A DNA stretch of 64,000 bases from Eledone cirrhosa (taxonomy: Eukaryota): contig OZ024746.1 in assembly GCA_964016885.1 (NCBI GenBank), forward strand, positions 29,202,001 to 29,266,000, given 5' to 3'. A program made the position numbers and the translations under genes. The notes beneath the pieces are model-generated. The model saw nothing but the letters and a program-made list of their open reading frames with translations. It was not told the DNA's origin and did no database searches. Of this stretch, positions 52,046-64,000 are shown in pieces (position 1 is the first letter of the stretch; every line of letters starts with the position of its first letter).

Positions 52046-53155
52046 GAACGTGAGGATTCGTTTCGTGATCAATTCGAATTTCTCGCATTAAGGTTGAGGT
52101 GACAATGTAATGAACCTACATAGGTACTAACAATGGCTGTTTCAGTTCGATCAATGGAACAACCTGCTCATGAAATTAACGTGTAAGTGTCTGAGCATTC
52201 CACAGTCGCGTGTACCCATAAGGTAATTCTCAGGGAGATTCAGCGTTACACAGTGTGTGACAAAACTGGAAATTTGAATTACAGACACAGTCCTTCCAAT
52301 GAACTTTCTGTTTCCGTCTTACCAATTTTATTCATAAGACTTGGGTCAAACCAAGGCTATAGTAAATGACGTCAGTCCAACGCCGTGGGATTGAACTTGG
52401 GATCTTATGATTCAGAAGCGAACTTCTTAACCACGCATACATACATGCTCACAAACACACACATATGCTCACAAACACAGACACATATACTCACAAACAT
52501 ACATACTCACACACACACACATGCTCACATACATATACATGTTTACACGTACACATGTTTACACGTACACATGTTTACACGTACACATACACACATGCTC
52601 TCACACACAGACATGCTCGCACCCATATGCGCACACAAATATCAACATTGTTCCCACACCATTACATCTTCCTATTGTACAGACAAAACCACCACACCAT
52701 CCAAATCTACACCCTCCCACACACTGAACCTCTCCACTCCACTACACCACATCACTGACTCCCCAACCCACCCACCATCACATCAATAGTAATAATGTAA
52801 CTTTATCCTCGACTATTTAACAGAAAATATATATCGGGTGACAGATAACAGAGGACCAGAGATAGATAGATGTAGAGAGATAGAAATATATATATATATA
52901 TATACACACACATACACACATATATATATAGATATATACACAGACACACACATATATATATAGAGATACAAGGGGGGGGGGGAGAATACTTAATAATAAC
53001 TCGAGAGATGACATTTCTACTGACCCTCCTCTCCCCTTTCCTCTTTTCCTACCTACCATTCTACATTCCTACCGTCCCCCTTCTCTCCCTTTCTACCTAC
53101 CTCGCTGTCTTCCAAACATACGCACATATGCACAACGCGGTGGGGGCGGGAGGAG

Positions 53156-53203
<48 letters not shown>

Positions 53204-53571
53204 GGACATGCGTCCGAAACGTTAAGACACTTTTCCTACTACATTAAGGATTCATCTAATATATATCTTCATTGTACTGTATTTTTTTCCTTTTACTTGT
53301 CACACCACATACACACACATACGAGTGAAAGAGACCTAGGAAGATGGATAGATAGATATTGATGCTTTATATAGATGATGGGATATGTGTGGATGTCGAA
53401 AGACAATGAGTTTGATTATATATATATATGAGTTCGGATCTAGCTGTCGAAACGGCCGGAGCTCAGCCTGACTCTTTTCCTACTACCCACTCTACTACTC
53501 TAAGTATTGAGTACTCTGGTGCGTTATGGGTCCACCTGGTTTCTTACCACACTTTCTTCGTTATATATATA

Positions 53572-53675
<104 letters not shown>

Positions 53676-53741
53676 TATATATATATATATGAGGGTGTTA
53701 AATAACAAGTCCTGGCTCAGGTGTAATGATAAGAGGGTGTT

Positions 53742-53811
<70 letters not shown>

Positions 53812-53819
<8 letters not shown>

Positions 53820-54188
53820 TAAGAGGAATTCCAACTTTGTCTGATTTACTCGTTTTATTTACAATCCTTTAAAATATATAATGGTATTATAATGAAATAG
53901 TATGATAGAATATTAAATTCTAAGTGTTAATTGAACAAGTACTTTCATGCTTTCGCAATCTTCAGGTTCATAATATGTGGTGACATATTATGACAAAAAT
54001 TGCAAACTCGACTGTCACCACATATTATGAACCTGAAGATTGCGAAAGCATGAAAGTACTTGTTCAATTAACACTTAGAATTTAATATTCTATCATACTA
54101 TTTCATTATAATACCATTATATATATTTTAAAGGATTGTAAATAAAACGAGTAAATCAGACAAAGTTGGAATTCCTCTTATTAATATA
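53812..54188. repeat. Inverted repeat, about 175-bp arms, 27-nt loop
   Basis: Arms differ only by a 2-nt TA indel as far as I can see; abuts (TA)n. Confidence 0.95.
54028..54066 (+). ncRNA. Minimal type I hammerhead ribozyme motif (mirror copy on the minus strand at about 53932-53970)
   Basis: Stem I UGAAC/GUUCA, CUGAAGA, stem II UGC-GAAA-GCA, GAAA, palindromic stem III A-GUAC-U, cleavage triplet CUU. Confidence 0.75.
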
Positions 54189-54608
54189 ATCTTCTATACA
54201 CAATCATACACACCCGTGTATATTTACCTATCTATATCTATATCTATATATATATATATAAATATATATATATAACAAAGGAATTGTGGTAAGGAACCAG
54301 GTGGCCCCATAACGCACCAGTGTGCTCAATACTTAGAGTAGTAGAGTGGGAAATAGGAAAAAGTATGACCCCGACGGTAGAGCTCAATTCACTATATATA
54401 TATATAGTGAATTGATAACTGGACTGGGGAAAATGTAGCCTCTGGAACCTTATAATGAATTTTCTTTGTGGAAAATCTTGAAAATAAAGTAGTTTTAACT
54501 AAGAAAATAAAATATTCAATGCAACAATTATAAAATTATTCATTAAAAAAAATCTTTAAATATACTTCTATGTATTTTCACCTTCACTTTATAAATCTAT
54601 ATATATAT

Positions 54609-54726
54609 ATAGGAAAAAGTATGACCCCGACGGCAGAGCTCAAGTCGTTTCGACGGCTATTTCTGAGTCCAGAAATAGCCGTCGAAACGGCTTGAGCTCT
54701 GCCGTCGGGGTCATACTTTTTCCTAT
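54609..54726. repeat. Inverted repeat, 57-bp arms, 4-nt loop
   Basis: Centre TTCTG-AGTC-CAGAA; abuts (TA)n. Confidence 0.93.
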
Positions 54727-54803
54727 TTCCCACTCTACTACTCTCAGTATTGAGTACTCTGGTGCGTTATGGTCCATCTGGTTCCTTACCACAATTCCTT
54801 TGT

Positions 54804-54837
<34 letters not shown>

Positions 54838-55352
54838 ACGAAGAAAGTGTGGTAAGAAACCAGGTAGACCATAACGCACCAGAGTACTCAATACTTAGAG
54901 TAGTAGAGTGGGTAGTAGGAAAAGAGTCAGGACCCCGACGGCTGAGCTCCGGCCGTTTCGACAGCTAGATCCGAACTCATATATATATATATAATCAAAC
55001 TCATTGTCTTTCGACATCCACACATATCCCATCATCTATATAAAGCATCAATATCTATCTATCCATCTTCCTAGGTCTCTTTCACTCGTATGTGTGTGTA
55101 AGTGGTGTGATATATATATATATATCTTAGTCGATCGACTTTCGTCAAATCGGACCGAGGGAACAATGTTTCCGTTGGTCTTTCCAATTGCTAACACTAT
55201 CTATCGGTCGCAACTCCAGGTAGAAGGAGCAACGTGAAATAAAGTGTCTTGCTCAAGGACATAACGCATCGCCTGGTCCAGGAATCGAACTCACAACCTT
55301 ACGATTGCGAATACAATTCTCTAACCACTCAGCCACACGCCTTCACACACGC

Positions 55353-56185
<833 letters not shown>

Positions 56186-56539
56186 ATATACAGAAACACA
56201 CAGATACATGCGGACATATACATATACATGAATATATCCACATATATCCTTGAATTTGTGGTGCCAACCTCAACCGATTTTGCTCTATGAATAAATGGGA
56301 CAAAATAATCCGAATGGATTAGATTGATTCAGTATCAGAGCTATATAATACATTTTAAAGAGAGAAGAAACATTAGATATAATTAATAAGATATACCATA
56401 CCCAAATTCCTTCTTTACTCCTCGACTACGTAGTTTCGTGGCATATTATGCGAAAACACTACATCACAGAGATATAGAATTTGTGCGAGGTCTGCGCCGA
56501 CTTATCAAGAGGATACCTTATTAAGAGTTTCAAAACACG

Positions 56540-56672
<133 letters not shown>

Positions 56673-56730
56673 AAGCAAATTATAAACGTAAACATGTAAG
56701 TATGTTTTTGAAACGGTGCGCGAGTTTGAA

Positions 56731-56954
56731 ATTAGAAATTAGAAATTATAAGCTTTCACCGTATTTTAGACTAAAGAAATTTCTAGCCTGATAGTGGGGT
56801 TTATAACCCTCGGAGAAATGGAAAAAGATGAGTGTTGCCGTACATGGCAATACTCATCTTTTTCCATTTCTCCGAGGGTTATAAACCCCACTATCAGGCT
56901 AGAAATTTCTTTAGTCTAAAATACGGTGAAAGCTTATAATTTCTAATTTCTAAT
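56731..56954. repeat. Inverted repeat, 110-bp arms, 4-nt loop
   Basis: Centre TTGCCG-TACA-TGGCAA; right end abuts TA/CA repeats. Confidence 0.95.
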
Positions 56955-57092
56955 ATATATACATACACACACAAAATCCAGCACCAACAGTTTCGCAAGA
57001 GATGTCAACATGAATAGACCTATTATTTTTTATCTAAAGACATTTTTTCCAATTCCAACCCAACTCTCTATCTATCTTATTTCTCATTCTTT

Positions 57093-57126
57093 CTTCTGAT
57101 GAAGGACTATCGTCCGAAACGTTAAG
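57093..57126 (+). ncRNA. Minimal type I hammerhead ribozyme motif (Penelope-like)
   Basis: CUU CUGAUGA A GGAC-UAUC-GUCC GAAA CG UU AAG. Confidence 0.68.
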
Positions 57127-57197
57127 GCCCTCTTCCTGCTATATCAAGCGTTAACCTTCCATATACTGTAACGATTGTGTTGTTATTTCTGTTTACC

Positions 57198-57260
<63 letters not shown>

Positions 57261-57773
57261 TTCATTGTACGTTTGCATCAAATTGACATGCAAAAACATA
57301 TATATATATATGAATAAGGTAAGCCGAAATCATAGGAGATTCAAATATCATAGAGAGAAAGAGAGAGAGGGAGAAACGGGGTGCACCACAAATGAAACAT
57401 GGATTACAGGTTCAAATGTAGTCTAGATAAATGAGAAACAAAACGTGGATGTAGTTTATGGAACACCCAAATGATTTAGAAGTCGACCTTAAGTAGGAGC
57501 AATAACATTAAGAAAGACATGAACGACACCAATAATTTTGTCTTGAAAATCTTGAAAGTAGGTTTATATGTATGAATTTTCAGTAGATTTTCGTAGCTGT
57601 CTCTGTGGCCTAGCGGTAGATACTATAGATCCTGGTCTTGGGTTCAATCCTGGTCAAGAGGTATATGTAATCTTTTTCAGTTTTTATCTCATAGAAAAAA
57701 CCTAAAAGATTTACTGGGAAACCCTACTCTCAACCAAATCGAACTTTAGACTAGGATCACCACCGTTCGGGAT

Positions 57774-57839
<66 letters not shown>

Positions 57840-58108
57840 ATCTGCGGTGCTGAGACCGAGGGGACCATTAAACATGGGAGTACTAGGTACAGTATAATAT
57901 ATATATATATATATAGATAAATCTACCAAAATAGACAGCATATATATGTGTAGGTATGTATATTCCCTCATATAGTTTGTAAAATCTTTACATAGATCTA
58001 TATGATATACATACCAACACACACATATATATCCTAGAAACGATCGTAAAATGATGAATTTTTTAATATAAGGAACTGTTTCTTTGTTTTTATTCATTGT
58101 TTTTATTA

Positions 58109-58164
<56 letters not shown>

Positions 58165-58171
<7 letters not shown>

Positions 58172-58286
58172 TAAAGTTAGTCCTTCATCAGTGATCTTCC
58201 AACCATCATTGGTATTTCATCACTTTAGCGATGAAATACCAATGATGGTTGGAAGATCACTGATGAAGGACTAACTTTATTCATAT
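58165..58286. repeat. Inverted repeat, 57-bp arms, 8-nt loop
   Basis: Centre TTTCATC-ACTTTAGC-GATGAAA; abuts (TA)n. Confidence 0.95.
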
Positions 58287-58335
58287 GTAACCCATTTGCA
58301 ATCACGCAGCACGTTTATTCTCATATTTACACACG

Positions 58336-58379
<44 letters not shown>

Positions 58380-58624
58380 CTACTGGTTTCACTCATAAAA
58401 TTGCGGCCGTGCTAGGGCATGAGAAAGAGAAGTGGAGGGGGGGGGGGGATTAACCCACAGTGACTAATTCTATGTAGAAATAATATTCCTTTAAATAATA
58501 ATAATTTCAACACGACTGACATTTTGGCTCCTGTTTCGTATGTGTTTGCATACACTTAAAATATACAATATATATACATATGTGTGGGTGTATACGTGGG
58601 TATGTCTGTGTCTATATATATATC

Positions 58625-58670
<46 letters not shown>

Positions 58671-58854
58671 TGGGCATGTGTGTGTGTGTGTGTATACGCA
58701 GGTACGTCTGTCTATATACGTGGGTATATGTGTGGGTGTATACGTGGGTATTTGTGTGTGCATACGTGGGTATTTGTGAGTGTGTATACGTGGTTATGTG
58801 TGTGTGTGTACTTGGTTATGTGTATACGTCATTATGTGTGTGTGTGTGTGTGTG

Positions 58855-59037
58855 AATTGGCAGTATCAGTAGAGGGTCGGACTCCATGCTTTGACGCATA
58901 GAGTTACGGCCCTTACCATTCTGAGTTCAAATCCCGTCGAGGTTAACTTTGCTTTTCATCCTTACGGGGTCGATAAAATAAAGTACCAGTAATGCACTGG
59001 GTAAATGCTAGCCTTGTGCCAAAAGAATAAACAATTA
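58855..59037 (+). mobile_element. SINE family A
   Basis: Same consensus as 78-264. Confidence 0.85.
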
Positions 59038-59139
59038 TGTGTGTGTGTGTGTGTACTTGGTTATGTGTGTATATGTTACGTGGGTATATCTGTGTGTGTA
59101 TATGTGGGTATGACTGTGTATGTATCTAAAAAGTCTAAA

Positions 59140-59365
59140 GGCTCATGTGGCCGGTGCTTAGCCCGGTTTTATGGCGTGAAGCGACTGACAGTACAAGACT
59201 CCACCCTGGACAGGACGCCAGTCCATCGCAGGGTTAAACTCCCCAGCTATTGCTGTTACTCATTTTCACCTGAGTATACTGGAGCAACGTGAAATGAAGT
59301 GTTTTGCTCAAGAACACAACACACAACCTAGAAATCGAACCCACGACATTACGATCGTGCCTCCA
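59140..59365 (-). mobile_element. tRNA-derived SINE (third family, shares the CORE-like segment)
   Basis: B box GGTTCGATTTC, segment TTCTTGAGCAAAACACTT and a distinct 3' part. Confidence 0.6.
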
Positions 59366-59399
59366 CCCGTGTATGTATACATGGGCATATATATATATG

Positions 59400-59995
59400 C
59401 GTGTGTGTGTGTATATCTGTGTCTATATACGTAGGTATATGTGTGTGTTTATACGTGGGTATATCTGTGTATGTGTACGAAGGTATGTCTGTGTGTGTGC
59501 GTAGGTATGTCTGTCTATATTCGTGGGTATGTATCTCCGTGCCTATGGGTATATATGTGTCTGTATACTTAGGTATATGTGTGTGTTTATACGTGGGTAT
59601 GTCTGTGTATGTGTACGAAGGTATGTCTGTGTGTGTGCGTAGGTATGTCTGTCTGTATTCGTGGGTATGTATCTCCGTGCCTCTGGGTATATATGTGTCT
59701 GTATACTTAGGTATATGTTCGTGTTTATACGTGGGTATGTCTGTGTATGTGTACGAAGGTATGTCTGTGTGTGTGCGTAGGTATGTCTGTCTGTATTCGT
59801 GTGTATGTCTGTGTATGTGTACGAAGGTATGTCTGTGTCTATATACGTAGGTATATGTGTGTGTTATACGTGGGTATGTCTGTGTATGTGTACGAAGGTA
59901 TGTCTGTGTGTGTGCGTAGGTATGTCTGTCTGTATTCGTGGGTATGTATCTCCGTGCCTCTGGGTATATCTGTGTCTGTATACTTATGTGTGTGT
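59400..59995. repeat. GT-rich higher-order tandem repeat (unit about 140 bp)
   Basis: Recurring GTACGAAGGTATGTCTGTG blocks. Confidence 0.8.
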
Positions 59996-60529
59996 CTGGA
60001 GAAAAAGAAAGTAAAACCATTCTGTTTTCATATTGTCTTGTGATGTTGGTTATCGAGGATGTAATATCGATTGGGAGCGGTGTTCACTCGGTAATTGTTA
60101 TATTCCAGGTTCAATTTTTATTTACAGTAACCTCGGGTCAATAAATACCCTGTGAGTGTAATTTGGGAGACGGAAACTATTTCGAAGCCCGCCTCGGGTA
60201 GATTCTACCATTAATTCAAAGGGCCAGATTTGTCTCACACTGTGTCACGCTGAATCTCGCTGAGATTACCTGTCTATAGAATGCTCAGCCACTTATCCGG
60301 TAATTTCATAAGCAGACTGATCCGTTGATCGAACAGCTGGAACAGTGATCGTCGAAAACGACGGAGCTCGATTCCATTCCATGATAATCGTCATGTTTTT
60401 TTTTATTCCACTTGGCTTCCAAGACATTCCTGATCCGACAACTTCCAAAAATGTTGCTCAACTTCTGGCTTAAAACATCGTTTCATCTTTGTTGGGAGAA
60501 CATTTCACACATTGGTCCGACTAGGTTTA

Positions 60530-60900
60530 ATAATAATAATAATGAAATTATTGTGTAAAGTTCTCAGGTGCACTACAACTCGTCAAAGGTGCATGTATAG
60601 TACATAGAATAATACACAAATGTCAGGGAAGTGAATAGTGTATGAGTCATGATATACATGTGTGTATGTGTATGGAGGGGGAACATTAGGTGTAGTGTTG
60701 GCGAATTTCGGGAGGCATGGAGGTTTTAAAGGATGCAGTGTCTCGACAGCTAACAACCGATACAGGGAGTTTGTTTCATGCTTCAGCAACTCTGAGCATA
60801 ACAAAATGTTTCCGAAAGTCATGGGAACTGTGCTGTTTTCTGACTTTGTGGGCATGTCCATGTGTGTTAGACACATGGAAATCAAAAAGGTACTCAGAGT
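60530..60900 (-). mobile_element. CR1-type LINE 3' end
   Basis: FRKHFVMLRVAEA*NKLP remnant, 3'UTR and (ATT)n tail. Confidence 0.6.
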
Positions 60901-61213
60901 TGTTGTTGGCAAGATGTTGGCAAGATGTTATTAAACTCTCATCAAAGATCTATAACAGATTTTCTTTCCAGAGAGAGCATAGTAGATTATAACGATTTCT
61001 GGGATACACAGACTTGAACAGAACTAAATTATTTTGTTTTAATTAATTAACAGAAAGTTAATTAATTAGAAAGAAAATTAAAACTCTTCTGTTAAATTAA
61101 AAGTGTAAGTGTATGCATGTGTGTGTGATTGTATGTAAACGTATATATATGCTTATGTATGTATGTATATATATATATATATGCTTATGTATGTATGTAT
61201 GTATGTATGTATG

Positions 61214-61256
<43 letters not shown>

Positions 61257-61357
61257 GTGTATGTGCGTGGCTTAGTGGTTAGTGCGTATTATATATGTAT
61301 ATATTGTTGTTTGATGCCAATCAAAACAGACGTACATATGTGTATGATAAAATATGT

Positions 61358-61393
<36 letters not shown>

Positions 61394-61579
61394 ACATTAT
61401 TTTATACTTTTGCTTGTCTCATTCATGTGACTGAGGCCATGCTGGGGTAATGCGTTATTTAGTCGGCCATATGGACTCTAAGCATGATACTCATATGATC
61501 GATATTATTTTTATTGAACCACTAAGCTACGACACACATACATATATACATGCATACACACACACACACACACACACAG

Positions 61580-61616
<37 letters not shown>

Positions 61617-61968
61617 ATTATATACACACAGGAATTAGACGAAACTGGTGTTCATTAAATGTAGGAAAGAGGAAATACGGAGAAGAAAAACGCTCTTCTT
61701 AATTTAACAACAACAGCACAAAACAACAGAAAACAATAAAAAATACAACAACAACAACATGCAACAGTAACAACAACAATATACAACAGAAATGGGAGAA
61801 CGTTCATTTTATTGGTGTGTTGACATTTTTCTACGTGAAATGTCAACCTTAAATATCCTATACTAATGTTACACACACACAAATACGCACACACACACGC
61901 ACATATATAAAAACAAATATATACACACTTACACATACATATATTCCACACATCTATATATACGCGCA

Positions 61969-62071
<103 letters not shown>

Positions 62072-62076
62072 CACAC

Positions 62077-62109
<33 letters not shown>

Positions 62110-62180
62110 GACACACACACATATATATAATATATATATATATATTTATATATATATATATATATATATATGACACACAC

Positions 62181-62259
<79 letters not shown>

Positions 62260-62649
62260 TCCCACACGTGGTGTCGGCCAATTGTCGTACGATTTCATTA
62301 TTAGTTTCACCTTGAATCACAATGCACTCGGTTCGCTCCCCCTCCCAGTAACCAGAAACCCTTTCCCCCTCCCAGTAATCAGAAGCACTCTTCCCTCCCC
62401 GTAACCAGAAACCCTCCCTCGACCTGACATTATTAACAGATCCACAATAAAAACTAATAACACCAACAACAGTACCAAAAAAAAAAAAAACATTAGAAAA
62501 AACAACACGAAAACACACGTTGGACTAATCACTGCAAATACTATTATGCCGTTGTTGTTTCAGTTGTTGTAGTTGTGGTAGTTGTTATCTCTATTTACTT
62601 GTTAGGAGCTGTTGACTCAGTTACTTAGGTGCAGAAGGATGTGAAAATA

Positions 62650-63010
62650 TGTGGGTAACACAGCAATGTGTGTGTCTGTATGTGTAGCCAATAAAACCTT
62701 GTTCTGTCCTACGCCATCTTGTTTTCGTGTGTGTTGTGTGTTTAGTTTGCGCATGTGTTACATCCGGGTGTCTGTGTGTGTTTTATTTGTTTATTTATTT
62801 GTTTGTGGGTAACACAGCAATGTGTGTGTCTGTGTGTGTAGCCAATAAAACCTTGTTCTGTCCTACGCCTTCTTGTTTCTGTGTGTGTTGTGTGTTTAGT
62901 TTGCGCATGTGTTACATCCGGGTGTCTGTGTGTGTTTTATTTGTTTATTTATTTGTTTGTGGGTAACACAGCAATGTGTGTGTCTGTGTGTGTAGCCAAT
63001 AAAACCGTGT
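62650..63010. repeat. Tandem repeat, about 155-bp unit, about 2.3 copies
   Basis: GTGGGTAACACAGCAATG recurs at about 62651, 62805 and 62959. Confidence 0.85.
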
Positions 63011-64000
63011 GTAGCCAACACAGTCGTGTGTGTGTCTGTGTGTGGACAATACAACTGTGTTTGTCTGTGTGTGGCCAACACAGCCGTGTGTATGACTGTG
63101 TGTGGGCAATACAGCCGTGTGTGTTTGTATGTGTGATATGTTGCCACCACATCCGTATGTGTGTCTGTGTGTGCAACACAGCCGTGTGTATGTCTGTATG
63201 TCTTATATATGGTCAAAATAGCAGTGTCTATATGTTATCTGTGGCCCGTGCAACCGTGTGTATGTCTTATGTGTTGAAACGATTACATATTCAAAATTCC
63301 GCATCAATAGAGAAAAGGCCAGAGTTCTCTAATTCAGAAAGAAGGTTCTTTCATTAGAATTTAGTCATCAAACTCCTTTCCTACGTCTTTTGAGAATGTA
63401 GTAACGAGATCACAGTTCTTCTTTTTACCATTCACCTACTTGGCATATAATTTAACCCTTTCATTACCATATTTCGAATGAAATACACCACCTATGGTTT
63501 TCAATTAATTTTGTAAATAATCACTAATATGACGGTATTTAGTAAAATAACTAACCATTTTATTAAACTGGTGTTTAGTACATAGCTTAACAAAGATATT
63601 CTTCTTTAATATTTTTTTAATTTAAATATAGTTTAAAACAAGAAGATTGTCATCGGAATTGGGGCGTATTGTTATCAAATGTATTAAGATTGTATACAAA
63701 GGAGTAATGTATTAGGTTAGTGTGTCTGTCTTTTGAGCCAATAACATAGTTTTCAGATTTCCTCAACAAAACAGGTAGTCACTCTGTGATCTTAATACAT
63801 TCTATGCATAAACTGTAACATACTTGCTCCTTGAAATATGCACTTGTCATATTTTATTTTATCAGCAGCAATATAATCATTTCAGAATGGTGATCTAGGG
63901 CGAATAACGGCTGTCTATGGCCTTGATTGTGGGCTCTGGAACTTGAGCCGAAGGGCATCTAGCATACAAGTGTGGGGAATAGAATTAAATATTTTCTTGC

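Noticed and set aside
57600-57662. tRNA-like A and B boxes
   Set aside because: Too short, with no anticodon arm or cloverleaf; probably a SINE head. The same applies to the other SINE heads.
58255-58285. CTGATGAAGGAC as a complete hammerhead
   Set aside because: No closing stem II and GAAA downstream; only a partial motif.

Overview
AT-rich, microsatellite-dense eukaryotic DNA, most likely an octopod cephalopod (inferred from the SINE families and the (TA)n/(CA)n load). The minus strand carries the 5' part of MED12 (Mediator kinase-module subunit): I traced 29 coding exons by hand from the ATG at 36844 to 495, with GT-AG boundaries and consistent phase, and the gene runs off the left edge. 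Upstream on the same strand lie the last three coding exons of a divergent Q50 PRD-class (Repo-like) homeobox gene (49512-45868); its 5' exon was not found. The rest is transposon-derived: a near-intact full-length RTE LINE with one frameshift, truncated RTE, CRE and CR1 pieces, two tRNA-SINE families, a non-autonomous Helitron, a mariner relic, a piggyBac-like MITE and minisatellites. The most unusual signal is a set of perfect or near-perfect fold-back palindromes (20-336 bp arms) next to (TA)n tracts, several carrying type I hammerhead ribozyme motifs (16584-16654, 54028-54066; an unpaired one at 57093-57126). They resemble Penelope-like or retrozyme termini whose 5' ends snapped back at the ribozyme stem II. 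All coordinates were read by eye, and repeat boundaries are approximate.
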